Positions 1 to 9,907 of a stretch of DNA of 40,349 bases are shown piece after piece. The notes beneath the pieces are model-generated. The model saw only the letters and a program-made list of their open reading frames with translations. It searched no databases and was not told where the DNA came from. The first letter of the stretch is position 1. Every line of letters begins with the position of its first letter. The stretch comes from Cellulomonas sp. (GTDB taxonomy: Bacteria; Actinomycetota; Actinomycetes; Actinomycetales; Cellulomonadaceae): the NCBI GenBank assembly GCA_031178805.1, contig JAPSIJ010000001.1:1-40349 (forward strand), given 5' to 3'. A program made the translations under genes and the position numbers.

Positions 1-2
1 CC

Positions 3-290
3 GGACACCCCGAGGCCGAGCGTGAACCGGCCGCCGGACAGGTGGTCCAGGGTCAGCGCGGCCATCGCGGTGGCGGTCGGCGTCCGCGCGGCGATCTGCG
101 CGACCGCCGTGCCCAGCCGCACGCGCTCGGTGCGCGCGCCCCACCACGCGAGCGGGGTGAAGGCGTCCGAGCCGTACGCCTCCGCGGTCCAGACGGAGTC
201 CAGGCCCAGCCGGTCGGCGGCGAGCACCGCCTCGGCCGCGCCGGGCGGGGGACCCGCCGACCAGTACCCCGTGTGGTAGCCGAGCCGCAT
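3..290 (-). CDS. LLM-class (probably F420-dependent) oxidoreductase, N-terminal part; runs off the window edge
   Basis: Not in the ORF track. Manual translation from ATG 290: [96 protein letters not shown]; RBS AGGAGG upstream. Confidence 0.9.
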   Translation of the reverse strand, partial: MRLGYHTGYWSAGPPPGAAEAVLAADRLGLDSVWTAEAYGSDAFTPLAWWGARTERVRLGTAVAQIAARTPTATAMAALTLDHLSGGRFTLGLGVS

Positions 291-381
291 GCCGCCTCCT
301 TCGCCGGCGCGCTCGCCGGTGAGCGCGTCCGCCGCCCATCGTGCCGCAGGTCCGGGCCGTGCGGGGCTGCGACGTGCGCGG

Positions 382-1614
382 TCACCCCCGGGGACGTCCG
401 GCGGGCGGGGCCCCGCCGCGCCGGCCGCCCGGCGCCAGCACGGCCACCGAGCGGCGCAGCACCCCGGGCCGGGCGGCCAGCGCCTCCGGCACGCCGGGCT
501 CCGAGCGCGCGCAGGCGAGCACGACCCCGAGCGCGAACAGCGTCGCGACGAGCGCCGAGCCGCCGGCGGACACCAGCGGCAGCGGGACGCCGATCACCGG
601 CGCCAGGCCGATCACGGTGCCGATGTTCACCAGGGCCTGCGCCAGCACCCACGCCAGCACCGCGCCGGTCACGATCCGGGCGAACGGGTCGGGGTGCCGG
701 CCGATCACCCGCAGCATCGCGGACGCCATCACGCCGAGCAGCGCGAGCACCAGCAGCGTCCCCGCCAGGCCGAGCTCCTCGCCGATCACGGCGAAGATGA
801 AGTCGTTGTGCGCCTCCGGCAGGTAGGACCACTTCTGCCGGGACTGCCCCAGGCCGAGCCCCAGCCAGCCGCCGGACGCCAGCGCCCGGACGCCCTGGGT
901 GGTCTGGTAGCAGCTGCCGAGGGGGTCGCAGTCGCCGCCGAGCCAGTCGCTGATCCGCTGCACCCGGCGCGGGGCGGCGAGCGCGAGCCCCACGAAGCCG
1001 ACCGCCGCGGCGCCGCCCGCGACCGCGAACAGCCGCAGCGGCGCCCCGGCGACGAACAGCGCGCCGGCGACGAGGGTGGCCATCACCAGCGAGGTGCCGA
1101 CGTCGTGGCCGACGAGGGTCAGGCACACCGCCAGCGCGGCGCCGGGCAGGGCGGGCAGCGCCGCGGTGCGCCAGTCGGCGATGCCGCGCTGCCGGTCCGC
1201 GAGCACGGCGCCCAGCCACAGCGCGAGCCCCACCTTGAGCACCTCGGCGGGCTGCCCGACGACCGGTCCCAGCGCGACCCAGCTGCGCCGCGTGCCCTCG
1301 CTGACGCCGAGCGGCGTGAACACGAGCAGCTGCAGCACCAGGGCGCCGAGCAGCAGCGGCCCACCCAGCCGGCGGTAGAGCCGCAGCGGCACCCGCGCGG
1401 CGACGAGCAGCACCACCAGCCCGGCGGCGGCGTACCGGACCTGGCCGGCGGCCAGGGCGTAGGGCGACCCGTGCTGCACGATCGAGTCCACCGAGGAGGC
1501 GGACAGCACCATCACCTGGCCGAGCACGAGCAGGGTGAGGGTCGCGCCGAGCAGCAGGTGGTGGCTCGTGCCGGCGTCCGGGGGCGCCGGGCCGGGCGGT
1601 GGGGGCGCGCGCAT
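382..1614 (-). CDS. ftsW: FtsW/RodA/SpoVE (SEDS) family peptidoglycan glycosyltransferase
   Basis: Multi-pass hydrophobic protein with [39 protein letters not shown] and [12 protein letters not shown] motifs; start ATG 1614 is uncertain. Confidence 0.88.
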   Translation of the reverse strand: MRAPPPPGPAPPDAGTSHHLLLGATLTLLVLGQVMVLSASSVDSIVQHGSPYALAAGQVRYAAAGLVVLLVAARVPLRLYRRLGGPLLLGALVLQLLVFTPLGVSEGTRRSWVALGPVVGQPAEVLKVGLALWLGAVLADRQRGIADWRTAALPALPGAALAVCLTLVGHDVGTSLVMATLVAGALFVAGAPLRLFAVAGGAAAVGFVGLALAAPRRVQRISDWLGGDCDPLGSCYQTTQGVRALASGGWLGLGLGQSRQKWSYLPEAHNDFIFAVIGEELGLAGTLLVLALLGVMASAMLRVIGRHPDPFARIVTGAVLAWVLAQALVNIGTVIGLAPVIGVPLPLVSAGGSALVATLFALGVVLACARSEPGVPEALAARPGVLRRSVAVLAPGGRRGGAPPAGRPRG

Positions 1615-1752
1615 GCGGGCCAGTGTCACCACGGCCGGGGCACGCACAGCGCCGTCCGGGGGACCACCCAGCCGGCGCCCGCGGGGCAGCACCTAGGGTG
1701 TGGCCCGAAGGCGCGCACCCCTCGCGCCGCCCCCCGCACGGAAGGACCCGCC

Positions 1753-2199
1753 ATGCCCGGCGCCGCCCACCACATCGCCCTCGTGGCCCACGACAACAAG
1801 AAGGTCGAGCTGCTCCGCTGGGCGGAGTTCAACCGGGGCACGCTGTCCCGGCACCACCTCTACGCCACGGGCACGACCGGCACGATGCTGGAGTACGAGC
1901 TCGGCCTGCCGGTGACCCGGCTGCTGTCCGGCCCGGTCGGCGGCGACCAGCAGATCGGCGCCAAGATCGCCGAGGGCGTCATCGACATGCTGATCTTCCT
2001 GTGGGACCCGCTGGAGCCGCAGCCGCACGACCCCGACGTGAAGGCGCTGCTGCGGATCGGCGCGGTGTGGAACGTCCCGATGGCGTCCAACGTCGCCACG
2101 GCGGACATGCTGATCTCCTCGCCGATGCTCAGCGAGGCGTGGACCAGCCGCCCGGAGATCGCCTCGCGCGGCTGGGAGGGCGGGACGCCGGCCGTCTGA
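1753..2199 (+). CDS. mgsA: methylglyoxal synthase
   Basis: [41 protein letters not shown] motifs; RBS GAAGGA before ATG 1753. Confidence 0.95.
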   Translation: MPGAAHHIALVAHDNKKVELLRWAEFNRGTLSRHHLYATGTTGTMLEYELGLPVTRLLSGPVGGDQQIGAKIAEGVIDMLIFLWDPLEPQPHDPDVKALLRIGAVWNVPMASNVATADMLISSPMLSEAWTSRPEIASRGWEGGTPAV

Positions 2200-2227
2200 C
2201 GTCGGGAGCGACCGCCCGCGCCCGGCG

Positions 2228-2944
2228 TCAGATGTAGATCGCCGGGTCGTCGACCTCGGGCTCGGGCGGGGCGGCGGACGGCTTCTGCCGGATCCGCGCG
2301 GGCACGCCGACGGCCACGGCGCCCGCCGGGACGTCCTTGAGCACGACCGCGTTGGCGCCGATCTGCGCGCCGTCGCCGATCCACACGGCGCCGAGCACCT
2401 TGGCGCCGGCGCCGACCACCACGCCGTCGCCGACGGTCGGGTGCCGCTTGCCGCGCTTCATCGTCTTGCCGCCGAGCGTCGCGCCGTGGAACAGCACGAC
2501 GTCGTCGCCGATCACGGCGGTCTCGCCGACCACGACGCCCATGCCGTGGTCGATGAACAGGCGGCGCCCCACCGTCGCCCCGGGGTGGATCTCCACCCCG
2601 GTCAGGGCGCGGGCGGCCTGCGACAGGAGCCGGGCCGGCAGGCGCAGGCCCGGCTCCCGCCACATGCGGTGCGCCACCCGGTGCAGCCACACGGCGTGCA
2701 GGCCGGGGTAGGCGAGGGCGACCTCGACCCGCGAGCGCGCCGCGGGGTCGCGGCGCTGCGCGGCCTCCAGGTCCTCGCGCAGGGTGCGCGCGAAGGCCCG
2801 CGCGCGCCGCCAGTGCTCCGCCGCCCCGGCGGTCCGCGCGGGACCGGCCGGGCCGTCGGGGCGCACCGGGGTCGGCAGCACCGGCCCGGGGGTGCCCGGT
2901 CCGGTCGCGCCGCCCTGCTGCGGCAGTCGGGTGGTCGAGGTCAT
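2228..2944 (-). CDS. cysE: serine O-acetyltransferase
   Basis: [36 protein letters not shown] hexapeptide repeats; 5 nt downstream of cysK. Confidence 0.95.
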   Translation of the reverse strand: MTSTTRLPQQGGATGPGTPGPVLPTPVRPDGPAGPARTAGAAEHWRRARAFARTLREDLEAAQRRDPAARSRVEVALAYPGLHAVWLHRVAHRMWREPGLRLPARLLSQAARALTGVEIHPGATVGRRLFIDHGMGVVVGETAVIGDDVVLFHGATLGGKTMKRGKRHPTVGDGVVVGAGAKVLGAVWIGDGAQIGANAVVLKDVPAGAVAVGVPARIRQKPSAAPPEPEVDDPAIYI

Positions 2945-2949
2945 GGTGA

Positions 2950-3885
2950 TCAGTCCAGGAGGTCGGCGTACAGGACGGAGGACAGGTAGCGCTCGCCGAA
3001 GGACGGGATGATCACGACGATCAGCTTCCCGGCGTTCTCGGGGCGCTTGCCGAGCTCGACCGCGGCGTGCAGCGCGGCGCCGGAGGAGATGCCGACGAGC
3101 AGGCCCTCCTCGCGGGCGGCGCGGCGGGCCACGGCGACGGCGGTCTCGGCGTCGACGTCGATGATCTCGTCGTAGACGCCGGTGTCGAGGATCTCGGGCA
3201 CGAAGTTGGCGCCGATGCCCTGGATCTTGTGCGGGCCGGGCTGGCCGCCGTTGAGGATCGGCGACTCCGCGGGCTCGACGCCGACGATCTGCACGCCGGG
3301 CTTGCGCTCCTTGAGCACCTGGCCGACGCCGGTGATGGTGCCGCCGGTGCCGATGCCCGCGACCAGGATGTCGACGGCGCCGTCGGTGTCGGCCCAGATC
3401 TCCTCGGCGGTGGTGCGGCGGTGGATCGCCGGGTTGGCCTCGTTGGCGAACTGGCGGGCGAGGATCGCGCCCGGCCGCTCGGCGACGATCTCGTTCGCCC
3501 GGTTCACGGCGCCCTTCATGCCCTCGGAGCCGGGGGTGAGGATCAGCTCGGCGCCGTAGGCCCGCAGCAGCGCGCGGCGCTCCTTGGACATGGTCTCCGG
3601 CATGGTCAGCACGACGTCGTAGCCGCGGGCCGCGCCGACGAACGCGAGCGCGATGCCGGTGTTGCCGCTGGTCGCCTCGACGATGGTGCCGCCCGGCTGC
3701 AGCTCGCCCGACGCCTCGGCGGCGTCGACGATCGCGACGCCGATCCGGTCCTTGACCGAGCTCGCCGGGTTGTAGAACTCCAGCTTGCCGACGATGGTCG
3801 CGCCCGCGCCCTCGGCCAGCGCGTTGATCCGCACCAGCGGGGTGTTGCCGATGAGCTGCGTCGCGTCGTCGTAGATCCGTGCCAT
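2950..3885 (-). CDS. cysK: cysteine synthase A
   Basis: NPASSVKDR (PLP lysine), TSGNT, GTGGT, HKIQGIG; RBS GAGGA. Confidence 0.97.
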   Translation of the reverse strand: MARIYDDATQLIGNTPLVRINALAEGAGATIVGKLEFYNPASSVKDRIGVAIVDAAEASGELQPGGTIVEATSGNTGIALAFVGAARGYDVVLTMPETMSKERRALLRAYGAELILTPGSEGMKGAVNRANEIVAERPGAILARQFANEANPAIHRRTTAEEIWADTDGAVDILVAGIGTGGTITGVGQVLKERKPGVQIVGVEPAESPILNGGQPGPHKIQGIGANFVPEILDTGVYDEIIDVDAETAVAVARRAAREEGLLVGISSGAALHAAVELGKRPENAGKLIVVIIPSFGERYLSSVLYADLLD

Positions 3886-4034
3886 GTCCTCGTCCGTCCT
3901 GTCGTTCCTACGGGGTGCCTGCGGGTGCGGTGCGCACGGCAGGACGGTGCCCGCCGTGGGTCGAGGGCGAGCGCTGGTGCCTCGGGTGCCCGCGGTGCGG
4001 GCGTCGGCCGGCGTGCGGCGGCGCGACCAGCGCT

Positions 4035-4130
4035 CTACCGACAGCGACAGGCGGTCGCGACGCGGGGGGCGGGGACGGCGGCGTGGCGGCGCGTCCGGGG
4101 GAGCGCGGTGCTCGGCGCGGTGCGGCGCAT
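4035..4130 (-). CDS. putative Cys-containing leader (attenuator) peptide of cysK-cysE, 31 aa
   Basis: [34 protein letters not shown]-like GGAAGGGAG upstream, two TGT codons near the stop, 150 nt upstream of cysK. Confidence 0.7.
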   Translation of the reverse strand: MRRTAPSTALPRTRRHAAVPAPRVATACRCR

Positions 4131-4329
4131 GCCCGGCTCCCTTCCTGCGTCAGGTCGGCGTCGGGGCCGACGGGCCCGACAGTAGCCGTAACGCACGGAC
4201 CCCCACAAAGATGCCCGCGGGCCCCGATCGGGTGACGGCTCACCCGTCCACGGTGCGGCAGCGCCCCGGACCCCGCCACCCGGGCCGGGTGGCACAGCGC
4301 CGGCCGGCGGCCGTGGCACGATGCCCGGC

Positions 4330-5322
4330 ATGCGGGTGGACGACGCGGTCACGGACGTGCTGGGCGGCGAGTGGGTGCAGCGGACCCTGCACCTGCGCCC
4401 GGACAGCCAGGGCGAGGCCGTCGCGACGCTGGTGCACCGCCGCGACGCCGCCGCGGACCGCACCCGGCCCGCGGTGCTGTACGTGCACGGGTTCGTGGAC
4501 TACTTCTTCCAGACGCACGTCGCCGACGCGCTCGCGGACCGCGGTCACGACCTGTACGCGCTGGACCTGCGGGACTACGGCCGGTCCATCCGGCCGGGGC
4601 GGGAGCCGAACCACACCCGCGACCTCGCCGGGTACGCGGAGGAGATCGACGCCGCCGTCCGGCTGGTGCGGGCCGAGCACGACCGGGTGGTGCTGCTCGG
4701 GCACTCGACCGGCGGGCTGATCGCCGCGCTGTGGGCGCACCACCGCCGGGGCCGCGGGCTGGTCGACGCGGTGGTGCTGAACTCGCCCTGGCTCGCGGTG
4801 CGCGGCACGTGGGTCGAGCGCGCGGTGCTCGCCCCGCTGCTGCAGCACCTCGTCGGCCGGGTGGCCCCGCGCCTGGTGGTGTCGCACCTCGCCGAGCACT
4901 ACGGCCGCGCGCTGCACGCCGAGGGCGGCGGCGAGTGGGCCTACGACCTGGCGTGGAAGCCGCACGCCGGGTTCCCGGTGCGCGCGGGGTTCGTCCGGGC
5001 GGTGCGCCGCGGGCAGGCCGAGGTCGCCCGGGGCCTGGACGTCGACGTGCCGGTGCTGGTGCTCGCCTCGGACGCCACCGGCCCGGACGACCGGTGGCAC
5101 GACAACCTGCTCACCACCGACTCGGTGCTCGACGTCGCGGACATGCGCCGGCTCGCGCCGCGGCTCGGCCCGGACGTCACCTACGAGGAGGTGCCCGGCG
5201 GGGCGCACGACCTCGCGCTGTCGCCCCTGCCGGCGCGGACCCGGTACCTCGACGCCGTCGCGGCGTGGCTGGACCGGGTGCCGGACCGCGCCGGTCGGCG
5301 GGGCGACCGCCCGGCCGGCTAG
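4330..5322 (+). CDS. alpha/beta hydrolase (lysophospholipase-like)
   Basis: HGFVDYF, GHSTGG nucleophile elbow, GGAHD catalytic His; probable leaderless start (CACGAT-7 nt-ATG). Confidence 0.88.
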   Translation: MRVDDAVTDVLGGEWVQRTLHLRPDSQGEAVATLVHRRDAAADRTRPAVLYVHGFVDYFFQTHVADALADRGHDLYALDLRDYGRSIRPGREPNHTRDLAGYAEEIDAAVRLVRAEHDRVVLLGHSTGGLIAALWAHHRRGRGLVDAVVLNSPWLAVRGTWVERAVLAPLLQHLVGRVAPRLVVSHLAEHYGRALHAEGGGEWAYDLAWKPHAGFPVRAGFVRAVRRGQAEVARGLDVDVPVLVLASDATGPDDRWHDNLLTTDSVLDVADMRRLAPRLGPDVTYEEVPGGAHDLALSPLPARTRYLDAVAAWLDRVPDRAGRRGDRPAG

Positions 5323-6323
5323 TCCTGCAGGCGCTCGGCGCCCTCGGCGAGGTCGGGGCTGCGCTCGGGCTGGGGCACGCAGAGCTCGAGCGCACCGGGG
5401 CGCACGGTCACCGCGAGGGTGCGGCCGGGCTCGATGACGTCGCCGTCCAGCTGCCGCGGCTCCTCGTGGGTGCTGACGATCCGGATCCGCGACGCCCGCA
5501 GCACCTCCAGGTGCGCGACGCGCTCGCGGCGGCGCAGCACGGCCCAGGACGTCTGCGCCCAGTGCCCCAGGGACCGCGGGGCGAGGACCGCCACGTCCAT
5601 CTGCCCGTTGTCGGGCTCGGCGTCGGCCAGCAGCCGGACCCCGCCCTGCAGGCGCCCGACGTTGCCGACCAGCACGGAGCGGGCCCGGCGGCGCAGCGGC
5701 GGGTCGTCGTCCAGGTGGATCTGGACGGACATGCTGCGGTCCCGCAGGTGCCGGAGCGCGGAGAACACGTAGGCGACGGGCCCCAGCTTGGCCTTCAGGG
5801 TCGTGGAGGCGTCCTCGAGCAGCGCCGCGTCGAAGCCCATCCCGGCCATGACGACGAACGCGCTGCCGTCGACGTCGCCCACGTCGATCCGGCGGCGCCC
5901 GCGCTCCGTCGCGAGCCGCACGGCCGCGCCCGGGTCGTCCGGCACGCCGAGGTTCACCGCGAGCAGGTTCCCGGTGCCCGCGGGGAGCACGGCCAGCGCG
6001 GTGTCCGTGCCGGCGAGGCCCTCGATGCACGAGCGCACCGTGCCGTCCCCGCCGCAGACGAACACCACCTGCGCGCCGTCCTCGACCGCCTGGCGCGCCT
6101 GGCCGGCGCCCGGGTCGTCCTCAGTCGTCTCCACCCACTCCGGCAGCGGCCAGCCCGCCTCGGTCAGCGCCGCCTCGACCGCCTCGCGGCGCGCCGCCAG
6201 GTCGTCCACCCGCACCGGGTTGAACACGACGACGGAGCGCAGCGGCCCGGCGTCCCGCGCGGTGCCGGGCGCGTCGGGGTCGGGGGCTGTCGTGGCCGGG
6301 TCCCCGGCGTTCGTCGAGGTCAT
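5319..6323 (-). CDS. diacylglycerol/lipid kinase family protein (DAGKc, YegS-like)
   Basis: VFNP, GGDGT, PAGTGN, GMGFDA, QLDGD motifs; RBS GAAGGAG before ATG 6323. Confidence 0.9.
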   Translation of the reverse strand: MTSTNAGDPATTAPDPDAPGTARDAGPLRSVVVFNPVRVDDLAARREAVEAALTEAGWPLPEWVETTEDDPGAGQARQAVEDGAQVVFVCGGDGTVRSCIEGLAGTDTALAVLPAGTGNLLAVNLGVPDDPGAAVRLATERGRRRIDVGDVDGSAFVVMAGMGFDAALLEDASTTLKAKLGPVAYVFSALRHLRDRSMSVQIHLDDDPPLRRRARSVLVGNVGRLQGGVRLLADAEPDNGQMDVAVLAPRSLGHWAQTSWAVLRRRERVAHLEVLRASRIRIVSTHEEPRQLDGDVIEPGRTLAVTVRPGALELCVPQPERSPDLAEGAERLQD

Positions 6324-6426
6324 CTCGTCTCCTTCGGTGCGGCACCCGGGAGCAGAGGGTCCGGCGGTGTCCGGTGCGGGCGCTCGCGCAGACGGCAGTC
6401 CACCACGGCGCGCCCGGCGCGGCACG

Positions 6427-7218
6427 TCAGAACAGGGGCCAGGGCACCGGCGGCATGCCGCCCTCGGGGCCCGGCAGCACACCGTCCGCGAGCAGCCGGT
6501 CGCAGCGGTCGGCGAGCGCCGTGACCTCGGCCGGGTCGAGCAGCGCGGCGAGCTCCGCGCCGAGGTCCGCGGCCAGGCCGGCGCGCACCCGCTCGACGCC
6601 CGCGCGCTCCTCGGCGGTCAGCGGCTCGCCGACCCAGCCCCAGAGCACGGTCCGCAGGTGCGGCTCGACGTGGAAGGTCACGCCGTGGTCGACGCCGAGC
6701 CGGCGGCCGTCGGCCAGCGGCAGCACGTGCCCGCCCTTGCGGTCGGCGTTGTTCAGCAGCACGTCGAGCACGCACATCCGGCGCAGCGCGGGGGAGTCCT
6801 CGTGCAGCAGCGTGACGGGGTGCCCCTCCTCGTCGCCGCCCTCCAGCACGGTGCGCCAGCCGGTCGCCGGCACCGCGTCGGACGGGACCACGTCCACGGG
6901 GTCCTGGTCGGCGTCGGGCTCCTGCCAGAGCTGCACCATCCCCGGGCCCAGCGGCCCGTCGCGCAGCCAGGTGCGGGGGACCACGCCCCAGCCGGTCGCC
7001 TCGGACACCCGGTAGGCGGCCACCTCGCGGTGCGCGAGCGTGCCGTCGGGGAAGTCCCACAGCGGCTTCTCGCCGGCGACGGGCTTGTAGACCACGCGCA
7101 CGTCGCCGAGCCGGGCGAGGAACGTGGCGTTCGAGGCGACGGTGATCCGGCCGACGACCTCCAGCGGGCCGTCCTCCGGCCCGGTGCCGGGCGCGTCGGG
7201 CAGGTCGGGCTGCGTCAC
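6427..7218 (-). CDS. SCO1664 family protein (PI3/4-kinase-like fold)
   Basis: ASNATF, VYKPVAGEKPLWDFPDGTLAHRE, NNADRKGGH, DHG motifs; GTGA overlap with DUF3090 gene. Confidence 0.88.
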   Translation of the reverse strand: MTQPDLPDAPGTGPEDGPLEVVGRITVASNATFLARLGDVRVVYKPVAGEKPLWDFPDGTLAHREVAAYRVSEATGWGVVPRTWLRDGPLGPGMVQLWQEPDADQDPVDVVPSDAVPATGWRTVLEGGDEEGHPVTLLHEDSPALRRMCVLDVLLNNADRKGGHVLPLADGRRLGVDHGVTFHVEPHLRTVLWGWVGEPLTAEERAGVERVRAGLAADLGAELAALLDPAEVTALADRCDRLLADGVLPGPEGGMPPVPWPLF

Positions 7219-7769
7219 CGGTCCCCGTCGGCGGGGCAGTCGTGGCCGTCGGGGTCCACCGGCTGCCCGCACCGCGGGCACGTCGGCCGGCCGGCCTGCA
7301 CCACCCGGCGGGTCCGCTGGGCGAAGGCGCGCGCGGTGCCGACCGGCATCCGGACGACCAGCGCCTCCTCCGGCTCCGTGCCCTCCAGCGCCTCGGCCTC
7401 CTCCTCGGACTCGACCTCGACCACCGGGAACGCCTCGACGACGATCTGCGCGGTCGTCGCGTCCCAGCTCAGCCGCATGGACCCGAGGCGGAAGTCCTCC
7501 TCGATCGGCAGGTCGAGCGGGGCGTCGTCGCGCAGCTCGACCGGCGCCTGCGCGGGCACGCTGAACCGGTTGTCCTCCTCGACCATCAGCTGGTCGAGGA
7601 TCTCGTCGATCTTCTCGGCGAGCACGGCCGACCACTCCTTCTCCAGCGCGACGCTGGTGATGCGGGAGCCGGTGCGGGCCTGCAGGTAGAACGTGCGGGA
7701 CCCGGGGCGCCCCACGGTGCCGACCACGACGCGGTCGGGCCAGTCGAACAGGTGGACGAGCGTGGGCAT
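7215..7769 (-). CDS. DUF3090 family protein
   Basis: VVGTVGRPGSRTFYLQAR, SVALEK, C-terminal GRPTCPRCGQPVDPDGHDCP Zn-binding motif. Confidence 0.88.
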   Translation of the reverse strand: MPTLVHLFDWPDRVVVGTVGRPGSRTFYLQARTGSRITSVALEKEWSAVLAEKIDEILDQLMVEEDNRFSVPAQAPVELRDDAPLDLPIEEDFRLGSMRLSWDATTAQIVVEAFPVVEVESEEEAEALEGTEPEEALVVRMPVGTARAFAQRTRRVVQAGRPTCPRCGQPVDPDGHDCPADGDR

Positions 7770-7778
7770 GCCCCCATG

Positions 7779-8474
7779 CTAGGAGCGGACGCCCACACCG
7801 GCACCGCCGCCGACCGGGGCGTCGCCGACGGGCGCGGCGCCGCGCAACCAGGACAGGTCGCCGGCGTCCGTGTTGGTCGCGACCACGTCCGGCCGGGTCG
7901 GGCCGTACCGCACGACGGACACCGACGCCGGCCCGGCGCCGATCCGCTGGAACAGGTCCAGGTGCATCCCGAGGGCGTCCGCGAGCAGCGCCTTGACGAT
8001 GTCCCCGTGCGTGACGACCGCGAAGACCGCACCGGGGCCGTGCTCGGCCTCGACCGCGGCGTCGTGCTCCCGGACCGCCGCGACGGCGCGCGCCTGCATC
8101 GCGCGCAGGGACTCCCCGCCCGGGAAGACCGCGGCGCTGGGCTGGGTCTGCACGGTCGCCCAGAGCGGCTCGGTCGCCAGGTCGGCGAGGCTGCGGTTCT
8201 GCCACGACCCGTAGTCGCACTCGGTCACGCGGTCGTCGACCCGCGTCGGCGGGACGGGGTCCTGCCGGTCGAGGACGGCCTGCGCGGTCTGGCGGCAGCG
8301 CTCCAGCGGGCTGGTGACCACCGCGACCAGCGGCACGGCGGCGATCCGCTCGGCGGTGCGGGCGGCCTGCGCGTGGCCGGTGTCGTCGAGCAGCACGCCG
8401 GGGGTGCGGCCGGCGAGGACGCCGGTGGCGTTCGCGGTGGTGCGGCCGTGGCGGACGAGGAGGACGGTGGCCAT
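7779..8474 (-). CDS. histidine phosphatase, MSMEG_4193-type putative phosphomutase
   Basis: LVRHGRT, SPLERC, ECDYG, THGD motifs; canonical position upstream of DUF3090. Confidence 0.9.
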   Translation of the reverse strand: MATVLLVRHGRTTANATGVLAGRTPGVLLDDTGHAQAARTAERIAAVPLVAVVTSPLERCRQTAQAVLDRQDPVPPTRVDDRVTECDYGSWQNRSLADLATEPLWATVQTQPSAAVFPGGESLRAMQARAVAAVREHDAAVEAEHGPGAVFAVVTHGDIVKALLADALGMHLDLFQRIGAGPASVSVVRYGPTRPDVVATNTDAGDLSWLRGAAPVGDAPVGGGAGVGVRS

Positions 8475-8524
8475 GGGGGCGAGCCTAGGCACGCCGCGCG
8501 CCGCGCGTGGGCTACCGTCGCCCG

Positions 8525-9787
8525 GTGCGGACGGCGGGAGTGGTCGGCGGCGGCCCCGCGGGGCTGGTCGCCGCCGAGGTGCTGGCCCGGGCCGGCGTCG
8601 CGGTCACGGTGTACGACCGGATGCCGTCCGTCGCCCGCAAGCTCATGCTCGCCGGCCACGGCGGCCTGAACATCACGCACTCCGAGGACCTGCCGCGGCT
8701 GCTCGCCCGGTACGGCGCGGCCGCCGGCCGGCTCGCGCCGGCGATCGAGGCGTTCACCCCGGCCGACCTGCGGGCCTGGTGCGCGGGCCTGGGCGAGGAG
8801 ACGTTCGTCGGGTCCAGCGGCCGGGTGTTCCCGCAGTCGTTCCGGGCGACGCCGCTGGTGCGCGCCTGGCTCGCCCGCCTGGCGGACCTCGGCGTGACGC
8901 TCGAGAAGCGGCAGCGGTGGACCGGCTGGACCCCCGACGGCCGCGGGCTCCGGTTCGAGGGTGTCGGCGCGGCGGCCGCCGGGACGCGGCGCGAGGTGGC
9001 GTACGACGCGGTGCTGTTCGCGCTCGGCGGCGCGTCGTGGCCGCGGCTCGGCTCCGACGGCGGCTGGGTCGAGGCGTTCGCCGCGCGCGGCGTGGCGTCG
9101 GCGCCGCTGCGCGCGGCCAACGTCGGCGTGCGGGTCGGCTGGAGCCCGGTGTTCGCCGACCGGTTCGAGGGCGTCCCGCTGAAGAGCGTGGCGCTCGCCG
9201 TCAGGGGCCACGACGGCCCGCCGGTCCGCGGCGACGCGATGGTCACCCGCACCGGCATCGAGGGCGGTCCGGTCTACGCGAGCGGGGCCGCGATCCGCGC
9301 CGCGCTCGACGCCGGGTCGTGCACGCTGGAGGTCGACCTGCGGCCGGACCTGACCGTGGCGCGGCTGGCCGAGCGACTGGCGCGGCGCCGGCCCAAGGAC
9401 TCGCGGTCCCGCTGGCTGCAGCGCTCGACCGGGCTGGACCCGGTGGCCGTGGCGCTGCTGCGCGAGGCGACCGGCACCGCGGTCCCGGACGACCCCGCCG
9501 CCGTCGCCGCGCTGCTGAAGGCCGTGCCGGTGCCGGTGACCGGGACGATGCCGATCGAGAAGGCGATCTCGAGCGCCGGCGGCATCCGCTGGTCCGAGGT
9601 CGACGACCGGCTGATGCTGCGCGCGCTGCCGGGCACGTTCGTCGCGGGGGAGATGCTCGACTGGGAGGCGCCCACCGGCGGGTACCTGCTGCAGGCGTCG
9701 TTCAGCACGGGGGTGGTCGCCGCGCAGGGCGTGCTGGCGTGGCTGGCGGAGAGCCCGGAGCGGATGACGGGAATCGAACCCGCGTAA
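8525..9787 (+). CDS. HI0933/BaiN-family NAD(P)/FAD-dependent flavoprotein (TIGR03862-like)
   Basis: GGGPAG FAD motif, KLMLAGHGGLNITHSE, FVGSSGRVFP, GEMLDWEAPTGGYLLQ; GTG 8525. Confidence 0.9.
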   Translation: MRTAGVVGGGPAGLVAAEVLARAGVAVTVYDRMPSVARKLMLAGHGGLNITHSEDLPRLLARYGAAAGRLAPAIEAFTPADLRAWCAGLGEETFVGSSGRVFPQSFRATPLVRAWLARLADLGVTLEKRQRWTGWTPDGRGLRFEGVGAAAAGTRREVAYDAVLFALGGASWPRLGSDGGWVEAFAARGVASAPLRAANVGVRVGWSPVFADRFEGVPLKSVALAVRGHDGPPVRGDAMVTRTGIEGGPVYASGAAIRAALDAGSCTLEVDLRPDLTVARLAERLARRRPKDSRSRWLQRSTGLDPVAVALLREATGTAVPDDPAAVAALLKAVPVPVTGTMPIEKAISSAGGIRWSEVDDRLMLRALPGTFVAGEMLDWEAPTGGYLLQASFSTGVVAAQGVLAWLAESPERMTGIEPA

Positions 9788-9829
9788 TCAGTTTGGAAGA
9801 CTGAGGCTCTACCATTGAGCTACATCCGC
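9759..9829 (-). tRNA. tRNA-Gly(TCC)
   Basis: GCGGATGTAGCTCAATGGTAGAGCCTCAGTCTTCCAAACTGATTACGCGGGTTCGATTCCCGTCATCCGCT; full cloverleaf, followed by CCG so CCA is not encoded. Confidence 0.97.
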
Positions 9830-9907
9830 GCAGGCCCGCAGGGCGGGCCGCCGGACCAGGGTACCGGGTCCGGCGCGGGCACCCGCGACACTAGACTCGC
9901 CGCCTGA

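Noticed and set aside
7782-7789. GGAGCGGA matching the tRNA-Gly 3' end as a possible att repeat
   Set aside because: Only 8 bp, expected by chance, inside a CDS end; no integrase present
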